From the NCBI GenBank assembly GCA_010909165.1, contig VJWM01000044.1, positions 2,232,001 to 2,296,000 of the forward strand: a stretch of DNA of 64,000 bases, in the 5' to 3' direction. Position numbers and translations under genes: made by a program. The notes beneath the pieces were generated by a model. It made no database searches and was not told where the DNA came from. It saw only the letters and a list, made by a program, of their open reading frames with translations. Of the stretch, positions 35,317 to 48,283 are shown one piece after another. Within the stretch, counting starts at the first letter, position 1, and each line of letters begins with the position of its first letter. Source of the stretch: Anthoceros angustus (taxonomy: Eukaryota; Plantae; Anthocerotophyta).

Positions 35317-36909
35317 ATGATGAGGGCCAGCCGGTGTAGCTGGTCCCGATTTCGGGCTCTTGCCACCAGCGCGCCAGCGGGAGGGCTCAGGTGTGGTTAT
35401 CGAGACGGGAGCGTTATGTGACGGGAGGATGGTAAGGTTTTGCTGGCGATATGGGATAATGTTGTGCAGTGCAGGATATCGGAGCAGGATGTTCGACGCT
35501 TCGAGGAGGATGGTGCCGTGGTTCTGCGCGGGCTGTTCGGCTCCGAGTGGATTAGCAGGCTGCGCGACGCAGCGGAGATCAACCTGAAGAACCCGGGTGA
35601 GACGACTTTCATGGAGTGAGACGCAGGCAGGGTTTTGTCAGTGTGACGGCACTTTTCTGAGGGCGGCGGGATTCATGCTCGTGCAGGTCCTCTCTGCGAC
35701 GAGCATGCTAAGCCTGGCACGGTGTGGTTTCTGCTCCTGAAGCTTCTGGCAAGTCTGGAGGATGTTGGCGTTGCTGATGGGTCGCTGTTTATTGTTCAGG
35801 CGGGGCGTTTTCATGATGATCAGTTTCTGTGGAAGCGGCATCATGTTATGCGCGAGTTTGTGTTTCAGTCTCCTGCTGGGGAGATTGCCAGGACCATGAC
35901 ACGGTACTGGGGGTGGCTTTGTCGGGAGGGTGGGGTGAAGCTTGTGGTGGTGTGGAATGACGTCCCTGAGTTTGTTGTGCGAATCCATGCGTGGTGTAGG
36001 GCCAAGAGTGTGAGACTGTTTTACGACCAGTTGTTCATCAAGGAGCCTGGAACCAGCACCAAGACTCCGTGGCACAATGATCACTCCTACTGGCCCTTGA
36101 AGGGTGAGCAGGTGATCTCCTTGTGGCTTGCACTGGACCATGTTCCCAAGACGGCGTGTCTTCAGTATGTCAAGGGATCGCACAAGTGGAAGTTGGTGCA
36201 TAGGTATGCTTGTCTATGCTTGTCGTTGGCTTGTAGGCCTTGTATACTGTTTGCTTGCGAGTGTGAAGGCGGGATATGTGTGTGCTGTTCCCATGAGCGG
36301 AGACGCTGTTGAGCCTCCCGAGTTTGGTGGTCTCTGCAGGATTGCTTCATTTTCGGGTGACCAGGAGCGGTACAAGGCCTCTTCTTCTGAGAGCCTGCCT
36401 GAGATTCCAGACATTGAGAGCAAGCTCGATGAGGTAAGAGAATATAACTTCGAAGACTCATCTGCCAGCAACATTTTCGAGATGGGTCACCAAGCTTAGT
36501 AGTGTCATCATGATGCTGAGCGGAGTTTCGTGTCGCTGTTGGTCCAGTTGGAGCTGTTAACCTGGGACCTTGACCCAGGCGACTGTCTTGTGCACCAAAG
36601 CTTCGCCTTCCACGGAGCTCCTGGCATAGAGTCTTCAACTCTTCGCAGAAGAGCCTATGCTACTCGCTGGGTCGGTGATCAAGTCTTGTTCGATCCTCGC
36701 CCAGGTGTTCCTCCCTGCCTGCCACCCCTTTCCTTTCCTTTCCTTCCTCTCTGCGTCTTTTACATCACCTCTAAGATGCAATTGTCACAAGTTTTGGCCC
36801 TTGAATTCCAGGAACAATGCACTCTGTATGGGTGGAAGCAGGGTACAACCCCGGATTGCAACCTGGAGAACCCCTGCAATCGGACCTATTCCCGGAGGTG
36901 TCTACCTGA
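35317..36909 (+). CDS. PhyH-family Fe(II)/2-oxoglutarate dioxygenase, multi-exon, probable organelle transit peptide
   Basis: FEEDGAVVLRGLF, DQLFIKEPG..TPWHND (HxD), SLWLALD, VKGSH, PGDCLVH..FHGAPG, RRAYATRW; GT-AG introns. Confidence 0.82.
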
Positions 36910-37639
36910 GGCAGGTTCCATGAAATTCTCCCGTAGGCCGCTTCTCAGCCACATGGCATGCCTACCGTACACATTACCGGGATCCAAAGGCACCACCATT
37001 GTAGGTAGTCATCACGTCGTGTATAATAAAGTCGCTCTCGCTCTCTTCTCTTCTGGATGCTCCCACCGCCCTCCGTGTTGCTCCACGTCGTACATCTGAC
37101 TCTTCTCGAAAACGTAGGATGGGAGGAGATCCAGAGAGCTTGGATGCTAAGCTTGCAAAGCAGGCTTGCCGACACACATTTGAATTACTCTAATACAAGT
37201 CAGTCACAGCATGAAATAAAAGCCGGGTTTCCGTCCAGGAGGAACGGGCCAAAGGAAAAGAAAGAACTGACGGAACCCAGCGTCTGGGCGCCTTCAGAGT
37301 TTAGCGTGGATCATCGTCGCAACCCGAGCACATGCAAACCTTGGTGTGCTCGTCTCTTGAACCGAGCAGGATATGAGTGCGTCGTTCTATATTCACAGGC
37401 CAGTCTTGCTCGTCTCACTGGCGTTACGGGATTCTCCGGTGCTGCTGCTGTCGGCATGGTGAGTGGAGGTGGAACAGGTTGCTGAGGAGGGAGTGGAATT
37501 TATCCATCCCCGATCTTTTTGCGGGCAGGCATAGTTTCTTGATGCGCCCGCGCCTGGGAGGATTGGTTCGGGCAGGCAGAGTGACATGATCGAGGGGACG
37601 CAATCTGCAGCTCGGGTCGCCTGGCACTTGATGTTGTAG

Positions 37640-40600
37640 ATGGCCTCCAATAATGTGGGTGCTGCCGTATCCCCCTCAGCAGGTGTGGAGATTCGATTTT
37701 TTCCTGCGAAATTTCGCTTCTTTCGGTTGATCCAAGGCCCGCTCTGAAGTTTTGGCTTTGAATCTTGGTGTTTGGAGAAATCAGCTGTAATTCGGGTGCT
37801 GGTCGGAGCTCTTGCCGACACCGCTCTTGCGGTGAGGGAGGCTGCTGCACATGGGTTGCGAGAAAATGCAGATCGGTAGGTCCTTTTAGAGGAGAGCGTT
37901 TGATGAGGTTTTGGGTTTTAGACCGAAGACGGCTCAATTGCTGGTGGCCTTGGTTCTTGCATGCAGTAATGCTGGGGTCGTTCTGGACTGTTGTATATCA
38001 AGCCTGCGGATCGGCAAACGGGTAATTTCTTGCTTGTGACTTTCTCCTTTCCTGTTCCTGGTAGGTAGTGCTCGGGTAGGGAGTGTGTACAGAGCCCTGA
38101 TTGTCGTCGTGTTGGTAAGATTATTAACTCCAGTTCCTGTTTATTGATTATGTGTATTGGCTGCTCACCCAGAGAGGGGGGGAGTTGGGCAGTCATCATG
38201 CTGGGGTTTTCAGGATTATGGCTCACACCGTCCGTGAGATGCCGGATACAGACCTGGACACAGAACTTATGCAAAGAATGACCAAGATTGCAATTGCGGA
38301 CATGACCAGCAGCAAGGTTGCATAAGTTTTTGCCTGCTCAGTTTGCTTCTGAGTGACTTGCATCATCCATGTCACTCAGCTGATGATTCATGTGGCTTTT
38401 CCTGTGCAGGACTTCAATTCCGACTGGCAACGAGCTGCGTCTAGTCTCTTGGTCGCTTTGGCATCTCGTGTGCCTGATCTGGTAGTCTATTGTCAAAGAT
38501 GGCTGTACAATGACTGGAGTGGCCGTGGAATGGATGCTTGTGCTTAATATTGGTTGCATCTGAAATCGCTAGGTGCCGTTTGGGAGGTAGTACCACTTGT
38601 GCAATCATGGCAGACAGTATTGCATGTTCTTACACAGGTGATGGATGAAGTTTTTGGCCAACTGTCAGGGAATTCTGCATTCGTGGTTGCTGCGGTCCAG
38701 TGTCTTGCAGACTTTGCAGCAGTAGATGGTAGGCACCCGCAACTTCATGTGCGGTTGATGCACTCAATTTCAAAGTCTGGATGGTGGCGTGGTAATTTTC
38801 AACGTGGCATGATTCATTCTGACCTGCATTTTTCTTTTTTTGCAAAGCTTTGCGGTTCGCTCCTCGAGTGAAAGGAGTTCTATACCATGTGATGCCAATC
38901 CTTGGTGGTGTGAGGGATTCTCAGAGGCCCATATATGCAAATGGTCAGTGTTCCCTGCTCTGACTTCTCTTGAGGATACTTCTGTCTCGGAAGTGATGCA
39001 TCAATGAACACAAGGCTGGAAACTGTTGGTCAGGAAGATGCTAGTGCTTTGGGTTCCTGTTGCAATTTGGAAAGTACATTTTTCACAGCTTGAAGGGTTT
39101 CTATTGCACACTGAGGCTTAACCTCTGTGGTTCTCTAGCTTTCACGTGCTGGTGTGCTACAATTTCCCAGTACGAAGAAGTTTATGCATCTGCATCCGTT
39201 CTAGACAATGACTTGCAGTAAGCACATCCCAGCAATCCAGTCATCTTACATGTTTCTCTTCCCTCTCTTTATGGTTTACTGGGCGTTGTTCAGTGCTCTC
39301 TATACTGATGCAATCCTCTCTTCAGAGCTCTACTCTATTCGGCATTTGAACTGTTCCTTGGATCTTGGGTTGGATCGTCTGAGCCAAGGGTCAGTCATGT
39401 GGAAACATCCTGCTCACTTGAAATTTTTTGTTTGCCATCTTCAGACAGATATGTTTGGGCACCCAAAGTGTCAGCTCATAGCTTCTGATTCACGCAGCAT
39501 GATATTTGTCTGGCTTAGGTACGTTCTGCAGCAGTTGATGCGTTGGGCCAAATGGTTGGCCTTATCAGTTCTCTGCAGCTGAAGCTAGCACTGCCCAAGC
39601 TTCTTCCTGCTGTTCTTGGAGTGTAAGTGTCGGAATTCGTTTTTCTCTCAGCTTTTGCACATTGTTTTGACACAATCAATCAACTTGTCGTGAGCTTCAC
39701 TTTGGAACTTCCATGTCCAGATTAAAGAGAGAGCCTCAGAATCCTCTGACAATCACACACAGCTTACACCTGATTCTAGATGTGGTTCTGCTGCACGGTG
39801 ACAACGCGCCGTTAGTTGACTTTTTGGTATTACCCATGACAGCAAAACCACGGGGATGAATGTCACGTCTATTGCTATGATGTTGAAATGCTCTAAGCAT
39901 TCTGAAATTTTAGCTAAGATATGTCACGTCTATTGCTATGATGTTGAAATGCTCTAAGCATTCTGAAATTTTAGCTAAGATATGCCAGCTAAATCCGTCT
40001 TAGATCTGCTACAGGATCTTGCCTCCGTCATAAACTACATCTTGCCTATGGCGTCACTCTCCTTGCACCAAGGCGACAATGAGCCAAGTCTTATCCTGAA
40101 GGTGACATACAGCTTGGCATCTTGTTTCTGGGTTTGCATCACTGAGCTCGGACTGACACATGTACAATCTCCAGAATGTCAATGAAGTCTTGCGATGCTT
40201 CAGTACCATCGGCGAGGTTTATCCAGAAGAGATGTACAAGTATCTCCACAGTGTAAGCCACATTGTTGACATCCACATTTTGTCTAGATGGTTCCTCTGG
40301 ACAAAACTTGGACATTTTTGTGGGTTTCCTTTCACCAGCGATGTGATCTGTCGCTTTAGCTGATCATGGTTCTCTCTATACCAGCGCATCACTTCCAAGG
40401 AGGACCCTGTGAGATTGGGAACATTTGCTGTGCTCAGGCATCTCGTCTCAAGGTGATCATTTTTGTCCCTGAATGCATGCAAGGTTAAGCTAAGTTGTTC
40501 TACAAGTTTAAGAGCTGGATGGGTACATGGCCTGTACTTCTACTTCAATCTGGTTCCTTGACGGCTGCTGCTTAGGTTACCAGAAGCTTGGGCCGCTTAC

Positions 40601-43600
40601 AGGCCAACACTTGCTGAGGCTATCAACTCAACACTTCAAGAGAGGGGCCTCAATCTGCGAAAGAGTATTGTGGAGGTAGCACAAGCTTAAGTGATGCTTA
40701 CTACTGGGTCCAGCTGTGTTCCGGAAAATGACAGCATACGGTTGTGTCCAGCTTGTTGTAGTGATGGCTGCCAACTGCTACTTTGAGAGAGAGAGCGGAA
40801 AACTTGTCGTCGAGTTTCTGGTCAGGCAGTGTGCCATTGCGGATGATGAGGTTGAGCAGTTCCAAATCCAAAGGAGGGCCATTGAGAAAGTAATTGGCAT
40901 TGAAGACCGCCAACAATCCAAAAATGATGTGAGGTTCTGCTTTATGTATGTGGCGCATGGGATTCTATAATATTAGATCGCTACAGCTGCTGTCGCCCGC
41001 TTAGATTGCTGAACTGATCTGATTCCTGTCCAGCTAAAAGTCGGAGAAGTCTCGTTACTGGAACTGCGAGCTGTTTGTGACAAAAGCTTGCTGCTAATGG
41101 CCAGCACCATACCGGAAATGGAGGTTAGTGTGAGGTTCACATTGGTAGCCAGTTTGTGAACAATCTGATGTCAAACTCAACTTGAAAATTCTTACGCAGC
41201 TTCTTAGTAGAAACAAAATTGCCTCAAAATTCCCTCACGTGTATCCACCTTTCTTGCAGTCTGCGCTCTGGCCCTTTTTATTGAAGGCGTTGATACCGAG
41301 GCGGTACACTAGTGCTGTATCAACTGTAAGTGTTCGAGCTGTAGGATAATCAGATTTGGTGTTATTTCGCCTAAACTTGATTTAAAGGCCGCTTCTTTTT
41401 CAGGTGTGTAAATGCCTTGCTGAGATAGCAAAGCGCAGACTGGCTATGGGTGAAAGCGTTAGTGTTGATTATGTCACATGCTCAGATGTTCCAAGACCAG
41501 AGGTGAGCAGAATTCTGTGATGTCTTGTGATTGGAGATGGAGTGAGTAGTGCCTTTAATGCTAGTGTACTCCCAAACCACAGCTGTGAGCTGTAATGAGA
41601 ATCTTACTTGTGCAGGAGGTGCTTGCCCGTTTGTTAGTACTTCTCCGGAATCCAATGTCAAGAGAGCAATTGGGAGCTCGCATATTGACAGTGAGGCCCT
41701 TACTTATTGAATTGACTCTATTCAGATGACGTCTTGGGTGTATGAGTCCAATTGTGGTCAAAGCCATAACTGATTTCTTTTCCGTGTCAAATCACAGGTG
41801 CTGTTTTATTTGGCGCCACTGTTTCCCAAGGAAATTCTACTACTCTGGGAAGATGAGGTATTATCAAGCATTCCAGTTCAGTAAGGTTCTCTTAGTTACT
41901 AAGAACCTCATGTATGTTGACCTGTGGTTCCGTAGATTCCAAAGCTAAAAGCTTTCATCAGTTATTGTGATGATGTCTCCTGGAACCAAGAAACTTGGGA
42001 TGGCATGATTGTTCATGTAAGTGTTGAGTTTGCAGTGCTGCATCTTTTCATCCCGATAGGGGAGTTGCACACTGGACCTTTACCTAATCCTTTTTCCAGT
42101 TTCGAAGTCAGAAGCAGCCTTCTGCATTGCTGATGATGGGTCTCACCATGGCAGCTGCTCTCTGAGTCTCTTGATGTCATCCGAAATCCTGAGTGGATGA
42201 TTGCCCTTGGAAATGCTTTTTCTAGTCAATATGAGCTCTACGCTGGGGATCATGAACATGCAGGACTTCTGCACAGGCACGTATTTCTCTTTGCATGATT
42301 TTTTTATCACCTTTCATTCTGAGGAGCTCCATCATTCCTTGGAATGCATGCATAACGTGATTGTGTATTGGTCGGTTTGTCCTCTCAGATGCCTTGGCAT
42401 TCTACTTCAAAAGGTCACAGACAGGGCTTATGTGCGGGATAAGATTGCAATAATGTACAAGCAGGCCAACGTGGCAGACCAGTCGAACAGACTTGGGCTG
42501 GCTATGGGAATGGGACTGGTATGGTGTGAAGAGTGATTTCATGTGGTGTCATGATACAGATTGATGTCAGACGTAGTCAGCAATTAGTCCTCTGATCTCT
42601 CAATAGCCCTGTGATTTCTTAAATAGTTTGAGGTCATCTGCTGCAGGTTGCTGCCTCACATCTGGACACTGTGCTCGAAAAGCTGAGGAAAATTCTGGAA
42701 AACCATGGGCGCAAAAGGATACACAGGTGACTTCAGTGATTTTTGGAACAATTTGTTTGAAGAGTCAGAAAGAGGTGCTTGATGCATGAACTGATAAAGT
42801 TTGGGCATGAGGTGGTGATCCAGGAAGTTAATCCTGACACATGCTCGCAGGCTGTTCTTAATTTTTTTTGACCAGAAAAACAGGCCAGATGTGGATGATG
42901 TATGTGCTGCTCTAGCTCTTATGTATGGGTATGCAGCCACATATGCTCCCTCAACAGTTATAGAAGCTCGTATTGATACCCTTGTGGTGAGTAGACCAAG
43001 CCATGACTTAATCATGATCTCACATACAATTGCCTTCTTAACTATGTGAAGCTTCACGGCAGCCAGGCCAGATCTGGAGGCATTTATCTTGTTGGTTGTT
43101 TCTTCCCTCTCATCCACCAGGGAACAAACATGTTGTCGGGACTCTTGGATGTGAGAACTGCATCAGCCAAGCAAGCTGTTATTACTGCAATCAACCTCTT
43201 AGGTATGTCTTCAGTAGGCTGAGGTTGGTCGAGGAACTTTTGCACGAGATCGTTTTTTGAGCTTTGTTGCCATTCGATGCAATCCACAGGACAAGCAGTC
43301 ATCAAAGCAGGAGCTAATGGTTCATCCTTTCCATTGAAGAATCGTGATCAACTCTTGGATTACACAATTGCTCTCATGGCAGGCCAAGAATCTGGATATG
43401 GATATGGTTTGTCCAGTGCCTTGGACCTGGATGTCCTTCATACACAGGCGAGGTTTTTGGCTTGATTTTTCCCACAGTGTGCGTGCTCATTGTTCTCCTT
43501 TAAGTAGTTCCCCCTCAGGCTAGGCATTTTTAACTGGATTTTAGTATCGTCAAAATTATCTCAGTACTTGAGATATGTGCCATCCATTGCTGATAATTTT

Positions 43601-46600
43601 GCATTTTTCAGGAATTAGCTGTTCACACTTGCACTACATTGGTGTCAGTCGAGCCTAAACTGACCATTGTTATGAGGGACCGCATTCTGCAAGTAAATGC
43701 TCTGACATAAACTTGTAAATGCAATATCACTCTTTTCTAGGCTATATACACTGAATTACTTGTTGCTCATGCTGACAGGCAACACTAGGTTTCTTTACTC
43801 TTCCGCCAGAGCCGGTTGATGTCGTTGGTTCCATGCTGGGAAACCTGGTCAACTTGCTATGCGCAATTTTGCTGACCAGGTAATGAATGTGCCTAATGTA
43901 TCCGTTCACTCCATGCTTCTGTTACGTCGTGCACTTTTATGTCAATGTCGTTTACACATTTTCAAGACAAAACGAATTGCACTGTGTGGTGGCTAGTGGG
44001 GAGGATGGGAAAAGTAGGGCAGATCAACTGCAACACCTGCTAAGGAGTTTGGATCAATATGTGTCCTCTCGAGATGAGCATCAGAGGCTCAGATCTTGCA
44101 CTGCTGTTCTAGCCCTTCTTCGTCAGTTCCGAGGTTTTTGTACTGTTGGAACATGTCCGTTCAATTGTACGGGGAATTGCACACACCTCAGGACTCCAGC
44201 TGAATGGGCTCAAAGTAGTACAGCAGGTAAGGGTGAAGCTTCTGTGGCATCTTGTATTAGGTGCAACTTGAAGTGGTAGTTTTCTGTATGTCTAATAACT
44301 CTGCACCATCTACAGCCACCCCACTGCTCCCTCCTAGGGAGGGGTTGAGGCTTGGAGAGAGAGTGATGGCATACCTTCCACGCTGTGCCGATGTGTCCAC
44401 TGAGATACGGAAGACTGCTGCACAGGTAGTTTATCAAATTGCCTTGTAGTGCGGTATGACCTTGTCTACGTCATCATACATTTCCAAGTCCCCATTGGTG
44501 TTCTGCCATGCATTTCTGTTCATGTCTAGTATGGAGTAGCATTGCAGCTGACTGTGTACTGTTGTCTTGGTTAGATTTTTGACTTGTTCTTCAGCATCTC
44601 ATTACTCCTTCCAAAGCCAGTTGGCGCAGCTCCAGAGGATCGGTCCACTGCATATGCTGCCTTATCAGCTTTGGAAGAACTGATCGCTGTCACGAATTGG
44701 GTGGCAAATCTTTACTCACTCCGCAGGGTTTCGTATTGTTATTGCTATAATGACTGGAAATGCGACCCTCCTTATTGTAAAATCTCAGCTGTTGTCAATG
44801 GATAATCTGTAGGCCCTAACCAACTGTATCCTTGTCAATCAGGAGCAAAATGGTCTGGATGGTGGTATTGTACGCCAGATTGTAGCATCTGTGGGAGTGC
44901 TCTTGACAACTGGTGAGGTAAGAATGGCTCGATTGTCTTGCTTGGTAGGCATGCAAGCAACTGTTGCTAGTCATCCTTCAGTCAATGATCTTGAGTTGTT
45001 GCCAGCTGGTGGCTGCACTTCGTGGGTGTTCTTCAGCGATTTGTGACAAAACTGAGCTATCTGGCGAAGGAACTATCATGGCTGTCACTCAACTGATTCA
45101 GAAGAGAGGGCATGAGTTGCTGGAGCTTGACATACCACGGTATGAAAGGCCTTTGAACATTCACTACTGGATTTTGGGTACCAAACTAACTGGCATTACT
45201 AATGGTTGGGTTGTCTGCAGCATCACACAATCTATTTTTGCTGCGGCTGTCGCTCTTGGAAACCAGCAAATGCGTCTTCAAGTGTTAAATGCTGTGAGTA
45301 CTTACTGCATGTCTGGTTTTCTTCTATAGCATGTGTAGCATCTGTCAGCAAGGTCGAGTGACACTTCTCTGTCCCCTCCTTGACTAATAGTAAGTTCCTG
45401 CTGTTTAGGTCTGTTGTCTGGCAGAACATGCGCAAGCAACATCTGTGTTCAGTGAGCTGTTAGGTGCAGCAGAAAGAGATGTTGGAAAACGAGATGGGGT
45501 ACGGCAAAGCATAGCACTGCCATTACGAGAAGCATTTCTGGTACTGTCTTCTGACGTATATCAATTCGGATCAGTCATACGGGTGTGTTTTCTCAGGCTG
45601 TTTCGTTTCCTATGATTCTTAGATTATTCCTTGATACCTTCTCAGGCAATTGCCCGCAACGAGAAATTGGCACTACCATTCATAGATCATCTGGTGGACG
45701 TCCTTGAGCATGCTCCCTTACTGAAGGATGGTGATGCAGAGAAGGGTGTGCAATCAGAATTTGTTCCACTCTCTGGATCTCTGAACATGCTGCCACCAGC
45801 AGCGACACTAGCCCTGGGCATTATTTTCAAGTATGTTCTGCTTGTTTTGTAAGTCGCTGGAAGTTGAGAGAGGTGGATGAATAAGCAAGCTTGTTTTGTA
45901 TTTTCTTGCTTATTGCAGGGGGGATGGTGAAACTGTCAGAAAAGCCTTGGAACAAAGTTATTCTGCTGTGTTGTGTGCGTTGCTATTACGTATTGGCAGT
46001 GCACATGGGACGGTGTCTTTAAATGTTCGGCCTTTGAGGTAGACTCTCAAACAGCGAACGGAGATTTCGCACTAGAGATCTGTCTTTTGTGGTACACAGT
46101 GTGATAGGGCAAGCCTTGAGTCCTGCGTATTTCAAATTTCTTAGGTGTGCATTTGCATACTGTATTGAACTCGCAGGTGGCCTGATGCAGGGAAGTGATA
46201 GCAACCTTTCAAGCATTCTGTGACTGTTTGAATGATGTTGAGATGCAAAAGGTGGGGATGCTTCATTTCCTCTGGGTGATGAGGCTGGCACACATGGTTG
46301 GGGTGGCATCCTACTGAGCTCGATCCTACAGGTCCTAGCTGTTGATGGAGAGCAACGGTTAAGTGGTGAGCGCTGGATAGAGGCGATTGGGGAGATTGCA
46401 AAGTGTAGTGCAAAATCAAAACCTTCCGAGGTACAACATTAATTTTTAAAGCTTTGAACAAAGCAAGCTTTGCATCTGGGAGATCTGATTTTGGTAAAGT
46501 CGGTTCATAGATGGAGGGAGTATGCAGTTCTCTGTGGCCAGCTTTGAAGAGGCCCTATGACTTTCAAAGGGCTGCAGCATCAGCAGCATTGTCTGAATTT

Positions 46601-48283
46601 GTTCAGCATTGGTAGGTCCTTGTCCACGTGAATTTTTCTGTGCTGGTTATTTGAGTGTTAGCATATCACATCAACTTTTATTACCACTGTGTAGTGGAAG
46701 CAGGGATATGCTGTTGGGCCAGCTGGTTGATGTTCTGAGTGCCCATATTGGAGATGAATCCCCTGCAGTAAAGCGGCTGTGTGTCCAAGGCCTTATTCAA
46801 GTATGACAGCATGCCCCAACCTTTCTCAGCTCAAGCATATTTCCAAGTTCATCCCGCGATGGTGTTTCTTGTGTACTGCTTCGGTGCTGACCTCAAGTGT
46901 ACTATGCAGGTGCCCCATGAAAGAATGTCCATCTATTCATCACAGGTTCTAAGAGTTATAGTGGCTCTAATAGAGGACCCGGAAGAGGAGGTTGCGCTAA
47001 CAGCGGTGCAAGGTTTAGCAACAGTAAGCTTTGCTGATTTTTTAGACGCTACTCATTGTTTGTACCGTGCATTTTGGCCTTTCACCTCCATACCTTTCGC
47101 CGAACTGGTGGAATTTGTGAATGAGTATGTTGCAGGCTCTTGAGCTAGTTCCAGAGGAAACGGTTTCTCCACTACTCCTGAACCTATGCGTCCGACTCCG
47201 GTCCTTACAGGCACGTAATCACTGTCATTAGAGTTCTCAGATATTCAGGTGGTAACATTTGCTTCTTCTTGGTCTCACTTATACATTGCTCTTTCCAGGC
47301 TCGGCACAATGTCAGCATGCGAGCTGCAGCGTTTGCTGCACTGGGTGCAATGTGCAGGTTTGGTTCGGGGGCACAGCTCGAAGGTTTCCTTGAGCAGGTC
47401 ACACCTCCTATCCCGATCTTTTTAACCTGCTCCCGTTATGTATATTTCAGTAACATGGCACAGGCTTGCGTGGTTCCTCCTCGTCTCACAATCCTGTGAC
47501 TGTGTGACCTCTAGATCCACACTGTCCTGCCTCGCCTCCTCTTCCATGTAAATGATGAAGCACTTCCTGTCCGGCACGCCTGTAAGGTATTCGTCATGCT
47601 TGCCAATTGCTTCACCAATTGGTCTGTAGCTTAAACAAGGGGACCAAAAAAATGAAAACATCTTTCCTTGACCACCATGGGCAACTGGTCTCACAGAACA
47701 CCCTCCGACTAGTATCGCCATTGCTACATGCTGAGGATCTGCAAACCTTGACGAGCTCTCGTTCATTCGACATGAACCGCAGGTACCCTTCTTGCAACAC
47801 CAGTTCTCCCTGCGCCTGTCACTCACCTTGTGAGCCTGCAGTTTGATGGCTGTCCTCCCCTCTGCAGACTGGACTACGACGAATTTCTCCAGGACTTCAC
47901 CAAGCATCTGGCATCCCTCTTCAGCGACAGAACAGACACATACGTCACCTCTGCTCTGCAGGCAAGTAATCCAACCTCCTCCCCCCCTACTCATTCCAAT
48001 CCCCCCACACATCCTAGTCCTCTATCTAACCAGCTCACCATTGTGGCACCATGGCAAGCAGGCATTCGAAAGCCCATGGCCTCTCATCCAAGCAAACGCT
48101 GCCTACTTCGTTGGCTGCCTCCTCAGCCAACTCACCGACAAAAGGCCTCTGGCAGCTTACTTGCCACAGTTGACCAGCTCCTTGGTGCGAATGACAGCCA
48201 ATGCCCCAAGCGCAGTTGTGCGAGCCAAGTCTGCCTCGGCCTTGAGCATGCTCCTCGGGGAGATCCAAAGCCTCAGTGTCTGA
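37640..48283 (+). CDS. SGR6: SHOOT GRAVITROPISM 6 / MROH1-like HEAT-repeat protein, >40 short introns
   Basis: Exons [101 protein letters not shown] and [13 protein letters not shown] match plant SGR6. Confidence 0.9.
39860..39984. repeat. 61-bp tandem duplication inside an SGR6 intron
   Basis: ATGTCACGTCTATTGCTATG...TTTAGCTAAGAT at 39860 and 39921. Confidence 0.9.
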
